NCBI GenBank assembly: GCA_035285865.1
Contig: JAYKHS010000015.1
Coordinates: 1 to 64,000, forward strand
DNA length: 64,000 nucleotides
Direction: 5' to 3'
Source: Candidatus Sericytochromatia bacterium
Lineage (GTDB): Bacteria > Cyanobacteriota > Sericytochromatia > S15B-MN24 > VGJW01
A program made the position numbers and the translations under genes. Below are positions 51,261-61,450 of this stretch, piece after piece (the first letter of the stretch is position 1; every line of letters begins with the position of its first letter). The notes under the pieces are model-generated. The model did not search any database. It saw nothing but the letters and a program-made list of their open reading frames with translations, and was not told the origin of the DNA.

Positions 51261-54200
51261 TCAAGTTAGCTGGAAGTGCCAGGTCAGGTTGTGGTTGCTG
51301 TCCACCTCGACCACATGGTTGGCACCGGCATGGTGGACCATCGTTCGCCCGGACTCCAGTCGCCACGCCAGCACAGGTGTCAGCATCTGCATCTGGAAAC
51401 GGCCCTTTCGACCGTAACAGGCCGCGGCGCCCCCGTACTGCCAGACCAGCTTGCCGGACACATCCAGTTCGATGACCCTATGATTCTGCGTGTCGGCAAT
51501 CAGCGTGTGTCCGTTGGCAAGCCGCGTCGCGTGCTCGGGGTGGAACAGCTGCCCGTGGGCATTCCCCGCGTTGCCGGGCTGTCCGAAGGCCCAGACGGTC
51601 CTGCCCTGGGCGTCGAACTCGTAGACGGCATGTCCGCCCCAATCCGTGACCAGGACATGACCGTTGGCGAGGCGCGTGGCGTGGCTGGGCGCGGCGAGGT
51701 TGTCCTTGCGCCAGATGACATCCTGGCTGACGGTAACCTCGATGACCCGACGGTTGCCCATGTCTGCGACGAGGAACGTTCCCTGCGGCGTGCGCTCGAC
51801 GCTTGCCGGCTCGTCCAGCTGCTTGGGGGCTGATCCGCGTTCTCCGATTTTGCCGAACTGCCAGACGATGGCATTATCCCTGATTTCGATGATGCGGTGG
51901 TTCCCGGTGTCTGCAACAAGGGTTCCCCCTTGCGGCGTACGCCACGCATAGCGGGCCTGAGCAAGGCGCTGGCGCTCGCCGCCGGAAAAGCCGGTGTACT
52001 GCCAGCTGATCTGCAGTTTGCGGTCGACCTCGAGCAAGCGATTGCGCGTCCGGTCGGCGAATAGAAATGCCTCGGGCAGGTTCGGCGGCAGCGGACTGGC
52101 GAGGCTTTCGGATGCGGCAGCCTCGCCGGCTGCCATCTCCGCCGGCGTGCCCTCGGTGGCCTGCACGTCCGCCGAGGCCGGCGGTGCGCCCAGGGACAAC
52201 TCGCGCAACGGATGGCCTTCCGCGTCGATGCAGACGGCGCCCCCCCTGCCGGCGATCCACGTGCGGCCCTGGCCGTCCCGCTCGGCGGCGTAGGGGTCGC
52301 GGGCGGCGGCTCCCCCACGTGCCGGGGCGATGCGGTGGGCCCAGCGAATCTGGCGGCCTCCATCCAGCTCGATGACGCGCTGGTTGCCCGTGTCGCAGAC
52401 CAGCAGGCCGCCATCGGGCAGCAGGCTGATGCCCTGGGGGTCGTTGAGCTGACCTGCGCCCGTTCCATGTCCCCCGCCGAGGCGACTCGAGGCGTTGCCG
52501 TATTGCCAGAGGACGTCGCCATTGCGCGCGATACCGAGGACGCGATGGTTGCCCGTGTCCAGGATGACCGTCAGGCCGTCCGGCCTGCGCAAGGCGGCCG
52601 TCGGCTTGAAGAGCAGGCCGCGGGCAACGCCGGCCTTGCCGGTCTCGCCGTAGGTCCACGTGACCTGACCGTCGGGCGTGACTTCGAGGACACGATGCTG
52701 GCCCGTATCCACGACCAGCGTGTGCCCGTTCGCCAGGCGCGAAGCGTGTCGGGGTTGCTTCAGACGCTCGGCGTCGCCACCCCCGAAGCCCCAGACCTCG
52801 GTCTGGTTGCGCCTGTCAAACTCGATGGCGCGTCCGAGGTCCAGGTCCACGAGCAGCACGTTGCCGCCCGGCATCCGGCGAACCATGGCCGGCATGGGCA
52901 TGCGCTGCGACCAAGTCTCGCTGCCGTCCGGGGCGAGCCCGACGGCCCGGCGGCGGGGCGGGTCTGCAAGGAGCACCTCGGCGTCGTTGTCTCCGACCCA
53001 GACATCGACCGAGCGCTCGTCGGCCGGATCGGGATCGGTTGCGGCGGTCGCGTCCTCGACCTGAAGCGCCGGCCACGCTGGCTGCGGACTGGCCGGATCG
53101 ACGACAAGGGCCGGCGGCGCCGATTCCTCGGCGGGTCTGTCCGGGGCTGGTTGCTCCGGGAGCTGCGGGGACTGGCCGGTACGCAGGGCGGCTGCCTGCT
53201 CGAGCAACTGGGAGTAGCGTCCGGTCAGGAACCTGGCAAGCTGGTCCTCGGCGATGGCGACCGGCGCGGGTTCCGCACCGCCCGCAAGCTGGCTGGCCAG
53301 TTGGAGGCCCGTCGGGTCCCTCGGGTCCAGCATGGCAACGATGAGGCGTCCATCCTCACGGAATAGGGGCACCATCCCGAGCGAACGCACCATGCGTTCA
53401 GGCAACTGGGCGACGACGAGCGGATCCACGCGGCTGTCGTCCAGGGGGCCGGCATCGGGATCGTTGTCCTTGAGCCGGGCCAGCTCCGCTCTGGTGACGA
53501 CGCCCATGCCGATGAGGACATCCGTCAGGCTCGGAGTCACAGGCAACCATTCGCGAACCGGCGGGTGCCCCAGAGTCAGGGGCAGCACGTCGAGGGGGGC
53601 GTCCTTCTCAAGCCGTCGCTTCTGCAGGTCGATGGTCAGCAGACGATGGCGGTCTGCCTGCCCGCCTTCCTGAACCACCACGTTCAGGCGCTGGCCGTCC
53701 GGGGATACCCTGAGCGGCTCGATGGGGGCTGCTGCCGAACGACGACCCGGTAGGTTCAGCAGGTGCCGCACCCGCAGATCAGCCGTCGAGACGGTCAGCA
53801 GGCCAAGCTCGTCGCCCGTCCGGTAGAACAGTACGTAGAGCAACTGACCGTCGGGACTGAGACCGAGCGGACCCAGCGGGCCTGTCGGAAAGTTCTGGAA
53901 CCGCGGCTTGCCCGTCGTGAGGTCGATGATGCCGAGCCGCGGCGTTTGCCCGTCCGTGACCCAGCCCTGTCGCCCGAGCACGGCCAGACCCAGGCCCTTG
54001 CGTCCCCCGGCCGGGCGAATCTGCAGGGCGGCTGCCTGGGTGCCGGAGGCGGCCGCAATCACGTGGACGATTCCGGTGCCGCGATTGCCGGCCAGAATGA
54101 ACTCCCCGCCGGGAGAGGTCGCGAGGTCGATGGGGCCTGCCTGAACCGGAGCCGGCGACTGGATCGGGCTGGGCAGGCTGAGGATGGACGGGGAGGATGC

Positions 54201-54659
54201 GCGATTCGGCATGCCGGCCAAGGCAAGGAAACCACCCTGGGACGTGGCGAAAAGGCCCGGTCTGACGTTGGCAGGAGCCTGCACGACATCTTCGATGGAT
54301 GTCCCGTCCAGACTCAGCACCAGCATCCTGCCGTCGGTCCAGCGGGGCCAGTCGGAGGCGTCCACAGGTTCCCCGGCCTTGACCGATGCCATGACCGTGC
54401 CGCGTCTGGGGTCCTTGAAGGGGATGATCTGCGCCGCGTCATCCGGCACCACGGCCGGTGGCATCGGGATGGGCCGGGTCACGGTCTCCTGCTGGACGCG
54501 CCTCTGGGCCTCCGCCAGTTGGGAAGGCGTGACGAGGCGGGATCGGACGAGCAAATCGCCAATCAGGGCGTCGTCTGGGGCAGGATTCGTCACGACCGTG
54601 GCACCGCGGGACAGGGGACGCCGGGTCCCTTTGACGAAAGGCCCGTGCCTGCCTATCAT
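51261..54659 (-). CDS. Large protein with MshEN/T2SSE_N-like segments and multiple NHL-type beta-propellers
   Basis: LIGDLLV..RLVT.SQL.EA at the N-terminus; LTDVL..MGVV...LP....R....VPL..EDG.L.VAM.DP centrally; many P..A.RL.NG.TL..DT.N.RV.E repeats. Start uncertain. Confidence 0.85.
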   Translation of the reverse strand: MIGRHGPFVKGTRRPLSRGATVVTNPAPDDALIGDLLVRSRLVTPSQLAEAQRRVQQETVTRPIPMPPAVVPDDAAQIIPFKDPRRGTVMASVKAGEPVDASDWPRWTDGRMLVLSLDGTSIEDVVQAPANVRPGLFATSQGGFLALAGMPNRASSPSILSLPSPIQSPAPVQAGPIDLATSPGGEFILAGNRGTGIVHVIAAASGTQAAALQIRPAGGRKGLGLAVLGRQGWVTDGQTPRLGIIDLTTGKPRFQNFPTGPLGPLGLSPDGQLLYVLFYRTGDELGLLTVSTADLRVRHLLNLPGRRSAAAPIEPLRVSPDGQRLNVVVQEGGQADRHRLLTIDLQKRRLEKDAPLDVLPLTLGHPPVREWLPVTPSLTDVLIGMGVVTRAELARLKDNDPDAGPLDDSRVDPLVVAQLPERMVRSLGMVPLFREDGRLIVAMLDPRDPTGLQLASQLAGGAEPAPVAIAEDQLARFLTGRYSQLLEQAAALRTGQSPQLPEQPAPDRPAEESAPPALVVDPASPQPAWPALQVEDATAATDPDPADERSVDVWVGDNDAEVLLADPPRRRAVGLAPDGSETWSQRMPMPAMVRRMPGGNVLLVDLDLGRAIEFDRRNQTEVWGFGGGDAERLKQPRHASRLANGHTLVVDTGQHRVLEVTPDGQVTWTYGETGKAGVARGLLFKPTAALRRPDGLTVILDTGNHRVLGIARNGDVLWQYGNASSRLGGGHGTGAGQLNDPQGISLLPDGGLLVCDTGNQRVIELDGGRQIRWAHRIAPARGGAAARDPYAAERDGQGRTWIAGRGGAVCIDAEGHPLRELSLGAPPASADVQATEGTPAEMAAGEAAASESLASPLPPNLPEAFLFADRTRNRLLEVDRKLQISWQYTGFSGGERQRLAQARYAWRTPQGGTLVADTGNHRIIEIRDNAIVWQFGKIGERGSAPKQLDEPASVERTPQGTFLVADMGNRRVIEVTVSQDVIWRKDNLAAPSHATRLANGHVLVTDWGGHAVYEFDAQGRTVWAFGQPGNAGNAHGQLFHPEHATRLANGHTLIADTQNHRVIELDVSGKLVWQYGGAAACYGRKGRFQMQMLTPVLAWRLESGRTMVHHAGANHVVEVDSNHNLTWHFQLT

Positions 54660-54724
54660 ACCTCCCTGTCCCCGCGCCGGACCTGACGGTCGTCACGTCG
54701 GAGCACGCATCCCGGAGGAATCCG

Positions 54725-55009
54725 ATGGCCGGTTCACCCCAGCCCCAGCAGCCCGGTGCTCCCCAGAGTGGCCTGCCGTCGTCCCAGACGGGCCCGCTCC
54801 AGCAGCGTCCCCGCAAGCTCTGTCCGGTCATGAGCACCGCGGCCCAGCAGGCCGGCTGCGTCGAGCACAACTGCGGCCTCTGGTCCCAGACCTACAAGGC
54901 CTGCGGCCTCGCCTGCGGTCCCGAGGCGATGGCGGCAGGCTTCGACAAGCTCGAGTCGACGTTCGACTACATGTCGAAGCTTATCGCCGACATCAAGGCC
55001 AAGATCTAG
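54725..55009 (+). CDS. Small Cys-rich hypothetical protein (94 aa)
   Basis: GGAGGA SD; CP-x10-C-x4-C-x9-C-x3-C followed by a coiled-coil-like tail. Confidence 0.7.
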   Translation: MAGSPQPQQPGAPQSGLPSSQTGPLQQRPRKLCPVMSTAAQQAGCVEHNCGLWSQTYKACGLACGPEAMAAGFDKLESTFDYMSKLIADIKAKI

Positions 55010-55878
55010 TCCGGCCTGGCCGGGGCGAAGGGGTTGCGCATCCTTTCGCGGGCGGCCGTGGTGGCCGGCCCGTGGCCCGGCAGCAGCAGTGTCTCCGGCG
55101 GTTGCTCAAGAAGCAGGTGCAACGATCGACGGTGCTCCGGATGATCTGCCGGACCGCCGAAGGTCCGGCCCAGAGAGGCGGCGAACATCGTGTCGCCCGG
55201 GAACAGCCGGTCGCCGATGCGCCACGTCGTGCCACCGGCCGTGTGACCGGGGGTGGCGAGGAGCCCGACCTCGGCGTGCCGCAGGTCCCTGGGGTCGTGG
55301 AAGGGGCCATCGGCCCCGCTGGACTGGGCCAGTGCGTGATCAGCCGGATGAAGCCAGACGTCCGTGCCCGTCTCCTGCGCCAGCCAGCGGGCACCGCCGA
55401 CGTGGTCGCGATGACCGTGGGTCACGAGAATGCCGCGCAGGACCACGCCATGCCTTCGTAGCCACGCTTCCGGCACCTCGGGCCGGAAACCCGGGTCCAC
55501 CAGCCACGCCGCTTGTCTGTCCGGATGGATGACGATCCAGGTGTTGGAGGTGTAGCCGCCGGGTGTCGCGGACAAGGTGAAGCGCAGGGTCTGCCAGCCG
55601 TCCTCGGGCTCGTCGACGGGTTCGGGTTGCCACGTCCCTGTGGCAAGTGCCGTGAACGCGCCCGGCCGGAGGTCCAGCAGTCTGGCCAGGCGCTCGGCAT
55701 GGTCGGCCGGGATGGGGACCGTCAGGGCCTCCCAGGCGATGATGACGGACTCCGGCACACCCAAGGCGCTGGCGAGCTCCGGTCGCTCCATGCCAAGTCC
55801 GCTGCGCGCCTTGGCGAGGATATCCCCTGCCTCGTCCTCGAGCGGCAGGACGTCCGCGAGCGTGCCGGGTTCCTGCAT
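55006..55878 (-). CDS. XRE-type HTH fused to MBL-fold metallo-hydrolase
   Basis: ILAKAR..LG....ELA..LGV....[33 protein letters not shown]. Confidence 0.88.
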   Translation of the reverse strand: MQEPGTLADVLPLEDEAGDILAKARSGLGMERPELASALGVPESVIIAWEALTVPIPADHAERLARLLDLRPGAFTALATGTWQPEPVDEPEDGWQTLRFTLSATPGGYTSNTWIVIHPDRQAAWLVDPGFRPEVPEAWLRRHGVVLRGILVTHGHRDHVGGARWLAQETGTDVWLHPADHALAQSSGADGPFHDPRDLRHAEVGLLATPGHTAGGTTWRIGDRLFPGDTMFAASLGRTFGGPADHPEHRRSLHLLLEQPPETLLLPGHGPATTAARERMRNPFAPARPD

Positions 55879-55924
55879 GTTAACCTTGTCCTATCCCGAG
55901 GCCCATTTTCGAGGAGGTTCGTCC

Positions 55925-56995
55925 ATGGCCACCGCCATCGCCCACAAGCTGGAAGAGTTGCTCGGCGCCGAGGCCGACAGCCTGCTCAACTACACCTGCA
56001 AGGGCATCGACAAGTCCATGCTGCACCTGCCCGGCCCCGACTTCGTGGAGCGTGTCTTCACGCCGTCGGACCGTCCGATTCGCGTGCTCAACAACCTGCA
56101 GCGCCTCTTCGGGACCGGCCGCCTTGCCGGCACCGGCTACCTCTCCATCCTGCCCGTCGACCAGGGCATCGAGCACAGTGCCGGGGCATCCTTCGCCAAG
56201 AATCCCATCTACTTCGACTCGGAGAACATCGTGCGGCTCGCGATCGAGGGCGGCTGCAATGCCGTGGCCTCGACCTACGGCGTCCTGGCGTCCGTTGCCC
56301 GTAAGTACGCGCACCGCATCCCCTTCATCGTCAAGATCAACCACAACGAGTTCCTTTCGTACCCCAACAGCTACGATCAGGTGATGTTCGGCTCCGTCGA
56401 CGAGGCAGCCGAGATGGGCGCTGCGGCCGTCGGCGCCACCATCTACTTCGGTTCGGATGAGTCCCGCCGCCAGATCGTCGAGGTGGCCCAGGCCTTCGAG
56501 CGCGCCCACGAACTGGGTCTTGCGACCATTCTGTGGTGCTACACCCGCAACAACGGCTTCAAGAAGGACGGGACGGACTTCCACACCGCCATGGACCTTA
56601 CGGGCCAGGCCAACCACCTGGGCGTCACGATCAAGGCCGACATCGTCAAGCAGAAGCTGCCCGAGGTCTTCAAGTCGGGTTACGAGACCATCAACTTCGG
56701 CAAGATCGACAAGCGCGTCTTCACGGAGCTGTCCGCAGACCATCCCATCGAGATGACCCGCTATCAGGTCGCCAACGGCTACATGGGCCGTGCGGGCCTG
56801 ATCAACAGCGGTGGTGCCAGCTCCGGGGCTACCGACCTCGCCGAGGCCGTCAAGACTGCCGTCATCAACAAGCGCGCCGGTGGCATGGGCCTCATCTCGG
56901 GCCGTAAGGCCTTCCAGCGTCCGATGAACGAAGGAGCCGCCCTCCTTCACGCCATCCAGGACGTCTACCTGGATTCCGCCGTCACCATCGCCTGA
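55925..56995 (+). CDS. fbaB: Class I fructose-bisphosphate aldolase
   Basis: [69 protein letters not shown]. Confidence 0.96.
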   Translation: MATAIAHKLEELLGAEADSLLNYTCKGIDKSMLHLPGPDFVERVFTPSDRPIRVLNNLQRLFGTGRLAGTGYLSILPVDQGIEHSAGASFAKNPIYFDSENIVRLAIEGGCNAVASTYGVLASVARKYAHRIPFIVKINHNEFLSYPNSYDQVMFGSVDEAAEMGAAAVGATIYFGSDESRRQIVEVAQAFERAHELGLATILWCYTRNNGFKKDGTDFHTAMDLTGQANHLGVTIKADIVKQKLPEVFKSGYETINFGKIDKRVFTELSADHPIEMTRYQVANGYMGRAGLINSGGASSGATDLAEAVKTAVINKRAGGMGLISGRKAFQRPMNEGAALLHAIQDVYLDSAVTIA

Positions 56996-57010
56996 TTCCT
57001 CAGGACCCGG

Positions 57011-57047
57011 AGGCTCGGTCTTTCCCGTCACGGGAAGGACCGAGCCT
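57011..57047. terminator. Bidirectional terminator hairpin
   Basis: AGGCTCGGTCTTTCCCG-TCA-CGGGAAGGACCGAGCCT, a 17-bp stem with one G-U, between convergent genes. Confidence 0.75.
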
Positions 57048-57063
57048 TCGTCCTGATATCGCC

Positions 57064-59223
57064 TCAGGCCCGCAGCAGTGCGGTCGTCAGACGCAGGTAG
57101 ACACCCGGGTTCTGCTGCAGGAATCGACGCAGGTCCGCCGCACGCATGCGGTAGGCCGTGACGGGGCCCCGAGTCACCAGATGGCGGGATGCGGCCTTCT
57201 GGTCCAGGATGCGGTCGAGCTCACCAGCCAGTTCTCCGGCTCCCCACGTGATGTCCGGCAGGCCCTCGGCCTCTCCGACGACGACGCCTTCGTCGATCAG
57301 GTGGCAGACCCGCGCCCGTTGGCCGGCTTGGGCCAGTTCCGTGCCATCGGGCAACACCACCGCCTCCAGCATGCTCTGGAACTGCGTGCGCTGGGTCGGC
57401 GTCAGCTGTCGGAAGACCGGCGTGTAGGCCAGACGATCCCACGCGGGCAACTGCCGGATGCGGGCAAGGCGGCGCAGCGTCTCGAGCAGTTCGGTGCCGC
57501 GCAGCAGGTACAGCAGATCATGCGCGGCCATCGTCAGGACCTCGAGATCCGACCGGGCGACAACGTCCGCCGTTCGCGGCGTCCCCAGCACGATGGCCGT
57601 CTCGCCGAAGTAGTCGTGCTGGCCGTAGACCGCGACCTCGCGACCTTCGTGATCAAGCACCGCGGCTTTGCCCTCCACGATGATGAAGAACTCGGCCCCT
57701 GTCTCTCCGCGGCGGATCAGGACCTCGCCGGCGCGGTAGCTCCGTCGTTGCGTCAGGGCAAATGCCTCGGCTGCCTTGGCCCATGAAAGGCTGCTGAAAA
57801 GACCCACGCGGCTCAGGACATCCAGCGTCGTCTGGGCCTCGCTGTGCCGAGGACGTTCCCGGACCATTTCCACGGTCTCGTCGAGCCCGGAGGGTGCGAT
57901 GCGCATGCCCGTGCCCTCCGGCAGATTGCGCGCACTCAGGTGAATCAGCATCACCCGCCTGCGTACGCCTTCGGGCAGCTGCAGCAGCTCTTCGAGGCGG
58001 GTGTGCAGCGGTGGGATTCCCGCTTCGTGCAGAACCAGGTCGTGATGCCAGGGGAAGTCCATGAGCTGGTCGAGCCGCTCCTGACTGATCACCCCCAGCC
58101 GATGCAGGGCGCGGAACGTCGCCGGGTCGTACAGTGTGTCCGAACTATAGACGAGCGAACGGCCGCCGTAGAAGACCTCGAAACCGACGCAAGGCACCGA
58201 ATGCAGCGAGTAGCGGAAGTGGAACTCGGCGCCCTCGATCCTGACCGGCTCGCCGATGCCGACGGGCGTGAAGTCGAACAGCGAGGCGAAGCGGGTCCGC
58301 GACAAGCCCGCAAGCGGGGCGTTCTTCGCGATGAAGCTGCGCATGATGGTCGGGGTGGTGAAGATGCGGATGCGGCCCTCGGCCAGCACTTTCTGCAGGG
58401 TGCCGCCATCGTGGTCGGCGTGGCAGTGCGTCAGGACGATGGCGTCGATGAGCTTGGGGTTGATCTCCTGATTGCGCAGCCAGTCCATGCTGCCCACCGG
58501 CGGATCGACGAGGATGCCCCGGTGATTGGCCCAGATGATGAAGCCGCTGGTCATTGTCTCGGGGTCGAAGCCGTGACCGGTGCCAATGAATGTCAGACCA
58601 AAGGCCGGCGGATGGAAGGGTTCCTTGCGATCGTGGCGCTCGCTCTCCGGTTCGGGCAGGGGCACGGTCTCGGGCAGCGTGCCGAGCAAGGCGCTGCCCT
58701 CCGACACGACATAGCCTGAGCCGGGCTCATGCACAACCGTGACGCCGTCGACCTTGGCCACGCCCTTCCGGTCGAAGGTCGCGAAGGTCAGCATGTCGGA
58801 CAGTTCCATTTCCACGCCCCGGAACGGACAGGTCCGGAAGTAGCGGAATTCGGCCGCGAGGTCCGGCACGGGCCCGCGCAGCACCTCCCGCGAGACGTCG
58901 GGCTTGCCCGGTCCGAAGACCGCCTCGCGCATCATCGCCGTCAGGTCACGCCTTTGGCGTTCTTCGCAAATCACGGTGGTGCGCTGGCGGCGCACGAAGT
59001 AGTTGTAGTAGACCGGAAATTCGAGGTCGGCGAGGCTGATGCCCAGATCGGCCGAGAACAGGTGGCCAGGCAACAGGTAGATGGACGGGACGCCGTCGGG
59101 CAGGCCGATGGTGTCCTTGATGGTCTCGGGCACGGCCCCGAACTGGAGCGGCCCGGCAGACGTCCGCACGAGGAGACCTCCGCGGGAAAGCGGCACGGGG
59201 CCTCGGGCGACCTCGGGGCTCAT
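57064..59223 (-). CDS. MBL-fold cyclic-nucleotide phosphodiesterase with two cNMP-binding domains
   Basis: PETIKD, EFPVY, HGFD, THCHADHDGG, HSVPC, SSDT, HEAG..PLHT; cNMP cassette FGE.A......RTADV. Confidence 0.85.
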   Translation of the reverse strand: MSPEVARGPVPLSRGGLLVRTSAGPLQFGAVPETIKDTIGLPDGVPSIYLLPGHLFSADLGISLADLEFPVYYNYFVRRQRTTVICEERQRRDLTAMMREAVFGPGKPDVSREVLRGPVPDLAAEFRYFRTCPFRGVEMELSDMLTFATFDRKGVAKVDGVTVVHEPGSGYVVSEGSALLGTLPETVPLPEPESERHDRKEPFHPPAFGLTFIGTGHGFDPETMTSGFIIWANHRGILVDPPVGSMDWLRNQEINPKLIDAIVLTHCHADHDGGTLQKVLAEGRIRIFTTPTIMRSFIAKNAPLAGLSRTRFASLFDFTPVGIGEPVRIEGAEFHFRYSLHSVPCVGFEVFYGGRSLVYSSDTLYDPATFRALHRLGVISQERLDQLMDFPWHHDLVLHEAGIPPLHTRLEELLQLPEGVRRRVMLIHLSARNLPEGTGMRIAPSGLDETVEMVRERPRHSEAQTTLDVLSRVGLFSSLSWAKAAEAFALTQRRSYRAGEVLIRRGETGAEFFIIVEGKAAVLDHEGREVAVYGQHDYFGETAIVLGTPRTADVVARSDLEVLTMAAHDLLYLLRGTELLETLRRLARIRQLPAWDRLAYTPVFRQLTPTQRTQFQSMLEAVVLPDGTELAQAGQRARVCHLIDEGVVVGEAEGLPDITWGAGELAGELDRILDQKAASRHLVTRGPVTAYRMRAADLRRFLQQNPGVYLRLTTALLRA

Positions 59224-59277
59224 GCCGCCACCATGCCCGCTCCCGGTGATTCCTCACCACGACCGAGGCGCCGGGCC

Positions 59278-59994
59278 TCAGGAGGCCTCGGTCCGCTCTC
59301 CTTCCACGGCGACGCAGCGGTAGCCCACGCCGCGGACCGTACGGATCTCGACGGGAGAGGGCCCAAGCCTTTCCAGCTTGTCGCGCAGGCGGCAGATGTG
59401 GACATCGACCACCCGGTCGTCCCCGAAGAAGTCGTCGCCCCAGACCCGGAAGAGGATGGTGTCCCGAGTGATGGCCTTGCCGAGGTTCGCCACCAGCAGG
59501 ACCAGCAGCTTGTACTCCTTGTAAGGCAACTCGAGGGCACGCTCGCCCAGGGTCACGGTGTGCTCGTCGTCGTCGATGCGGAGATTGCCGACCTCGAGGA
59601 TGCGGCACGCATCGGTCATGCTCTGCCGGACACGCTCGACTCGGCGCAGGTTGGCGCGGACGCGGGCTGCGAGCTCGATCATGCTGAACGGCTTGGTCAT
59701 GTATTCGTCGGCCCCGACGGCAAGGCCGACGACCTTGTCGGTGTCGCTGGCCTTCGCCGTGAGCATGATGATTGGCAGCGCGTGATCGCGGCGCAGTTGC
59801 CGGCAGACCTCGAGCCCGTCCACGTCGGGCATCATCAGGTCTAGGATGAGCAGGTCCGGACCTTCCCGCCGACAGGTCTCGATGGCTTCGGAGCCGCCCG
59901 AGACCGTCAGGATTGCGTGGCCTTCGTGCTCGAGCTGCTTCTGGAGCAGCAGCCTCATGTTGGGGTCGTCGTCGGCAATCAGGATTCTGGCCAT
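59278..59994 (-). CDS. OmpR/PhoB-family response regulator (no adjacent kinase)
   Basis: ILIADDD, LDLMMP, MLTAK, GADEY..KPF, VDVHICRLRDK, TVRGVGY. Confidence 0.95.
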   Translation of the reverse strand: MARILIADDDPNMRLLLQKQLEHEGHAILTVSGGSEAIETCRREGPDLLILDLMMPDVDGLEVCRQLRRDHALPIIMLTAKASDTDKVVGLAVGADEYMTKPFSMIELAARVRANLRRVERVRQSMTDACRILEVGNLRIDDDEHTVTLGERALELPYKEYKLLVLLVANLGKAITRDTILFRVWGDDFFGDDRVVDVHICRLRDKLERLGPSPVEIRTVRGVGYRCVAVEGERTEAS

Positions 59995-60152
59995 CTCGTT
60001 CCTGCCTCGGGGTGCTTGGGGTGGGGTCCACTCTTGTAGGACCTCCGTGCGGGGAAGACAACGGAAATCTGCCTGTTTCCGGCCTTGACCCCTTGCATCG
60101 TGCGTGCGATTCCTTTATGGTTTCTTAACCAGATCTTATTTAGAGGTGCTTG

Positions 60153-61442
60153 ATGCGTCGTTCTGCGCTCTTTCTTGCTCCCGTCGCGCTCGTGGCCTGC
60201 GGATCGCCGCTCGTGGCCGGCCAGCAGCCCGCTGCCGTCCGCGAGGCGATGACGGTGGCTCCGGCCTCCGCCCGTCAGGTCACCTTCCGCAGCACCCACG
60301 AAGCGCATGACCGTGATCTCGCAGGTGATGCCGCAGGCATCGAGGCTCTGGCCCAGCGCCTCGCCGGCGAGGGTCGACTCGAGGCCGGCGTGCGCGTGTT
60401 CCCCGTGACGGCCTCCCGTCCGGCACGCCCCTATGCCGGGCCCCGCGTGGCGGCCGGCATTCCGGTCGTGGGGCGCCTGACGGCGGATGATCTGTCCGGC
60501 AAGCGTGCCCCGCTGGCGTATGCCACCGTCGAGGCCCTCGGCTCCGGCAACAAGGTGGTCGCCGCCACCACGACCGATGCCGAAGGGGCCTTCAGTCTCG
60601 ACATCGACCCGAAGTTCCAGCGCATCGGCCTGACGCTGTCCTATCGGCTGGCCAACCAGTACTGGGATGTCGAGAAGTACCGCTGGGAGGGCGCCCCCTT
60701 CACGGCGGGTTCCGGTGTCGACCTCGGCGAGATCGGTCTGGTCCGTGGTTCGGCCAATGCCGAGGCTGCCTGGATCCACGAGATCGGAGTTCGCTACCTG
60801 AAGACCTTCCAGCGCGAGGGCGTGTCGCTGGCTTTCTGGAAGGCCCGGATCGGCATCACCTGGCCCGGAAGCGCCGACTACTACAGCTTCGGTCAGGTCA
60901 ACATGACCAAGGCTCACCAGTGGGATGTCAACGGTCACGAGCTGGGTCACGCCATCAGCGACCAGGGCCTGAACATGCGCTTCGGTGGCGGTCAGCACTA
61001 CATCGACCGCTGCTACGACGAGACCATCGCCTTCTCCGAGGGCGTGGCCAGCTACCTGGGTCTTGCCGTCAGCGTGGCTGCGGATGCTCCCAACGCCAGC
61101 TTCGAGTTCATGGTGCCCCGTCGGGCGCCCCTTCGGTACGAGAACGTGCCGGACGAGAAGGATCCCGAGCATCCCGATGCTCCGGCGGTCTGTCGGGGGC
61201 CCGGCAACGAGTGGCGCGCCGGTGCGGCGCTCTGGGACCTGTATGACACCCATGCCGACGGCACCGACCAGGTGGCCATTCCGTTCTCCACCATCTGGGG
61301 GGCGATGGCCAAGGGCAACGGCAAGCCGGCCATCCGCAGCGTTCTGGACGCCTACCGCCTCGTTTCCGAGAAGGTGGATGGTGGCGTCCGCAGCGGCATG
61401 ACCGGCGCGGCAGCCCAGAATTTCATCATCTTCAAGCCCTGA
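60153..61442 (+). CDS. Lipoprotein zinc metalloprotease (HExxH)
   Basis: Lipobox LVA-C; HELGH; downstream FSEG.ASY as likely third ligand; N-terminal beta-sandwich. Confidence 0.75.
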   Translation: MRRSALFLAPVALVACGSPLVAGQQPAAVREAMTVAPASARQVTFRSTHEAHDRDLAGDAAGIEALAQRLAGEGRLEAGVRVFPVTASRPARPYAGPRVAAGIPVVGRLTADDLSGKRAPLAYATVEALGSGNKVVAATTTDAEGAFSLDIDPKFQRIGLTLSYRLANQYWDVEKYRWEGAPFTAGSGVDLGEIGLVRGSANAEAAWIHEIGVRYLKTFQREGVSLAFWKARIGITWPGSADYYSFGQVNMTKAHQWDVNGHELGHAISDQGLNMRFGGGQHYIDRCYDETIAFSEGVASYLGLAVSVAADAPNASFEFMVPRRAPLRYENVPDEKDPEHPDAPAVCRGPGNEWRAGAALWDLYDTHADGTDQVAIPFSTIWGAMAKGNGKPAIRSVLDAYRLVSEKVDGGVRSGMTGAAAQNFIIFKP

Positions 61443-61450
61443 TTGGTCTC

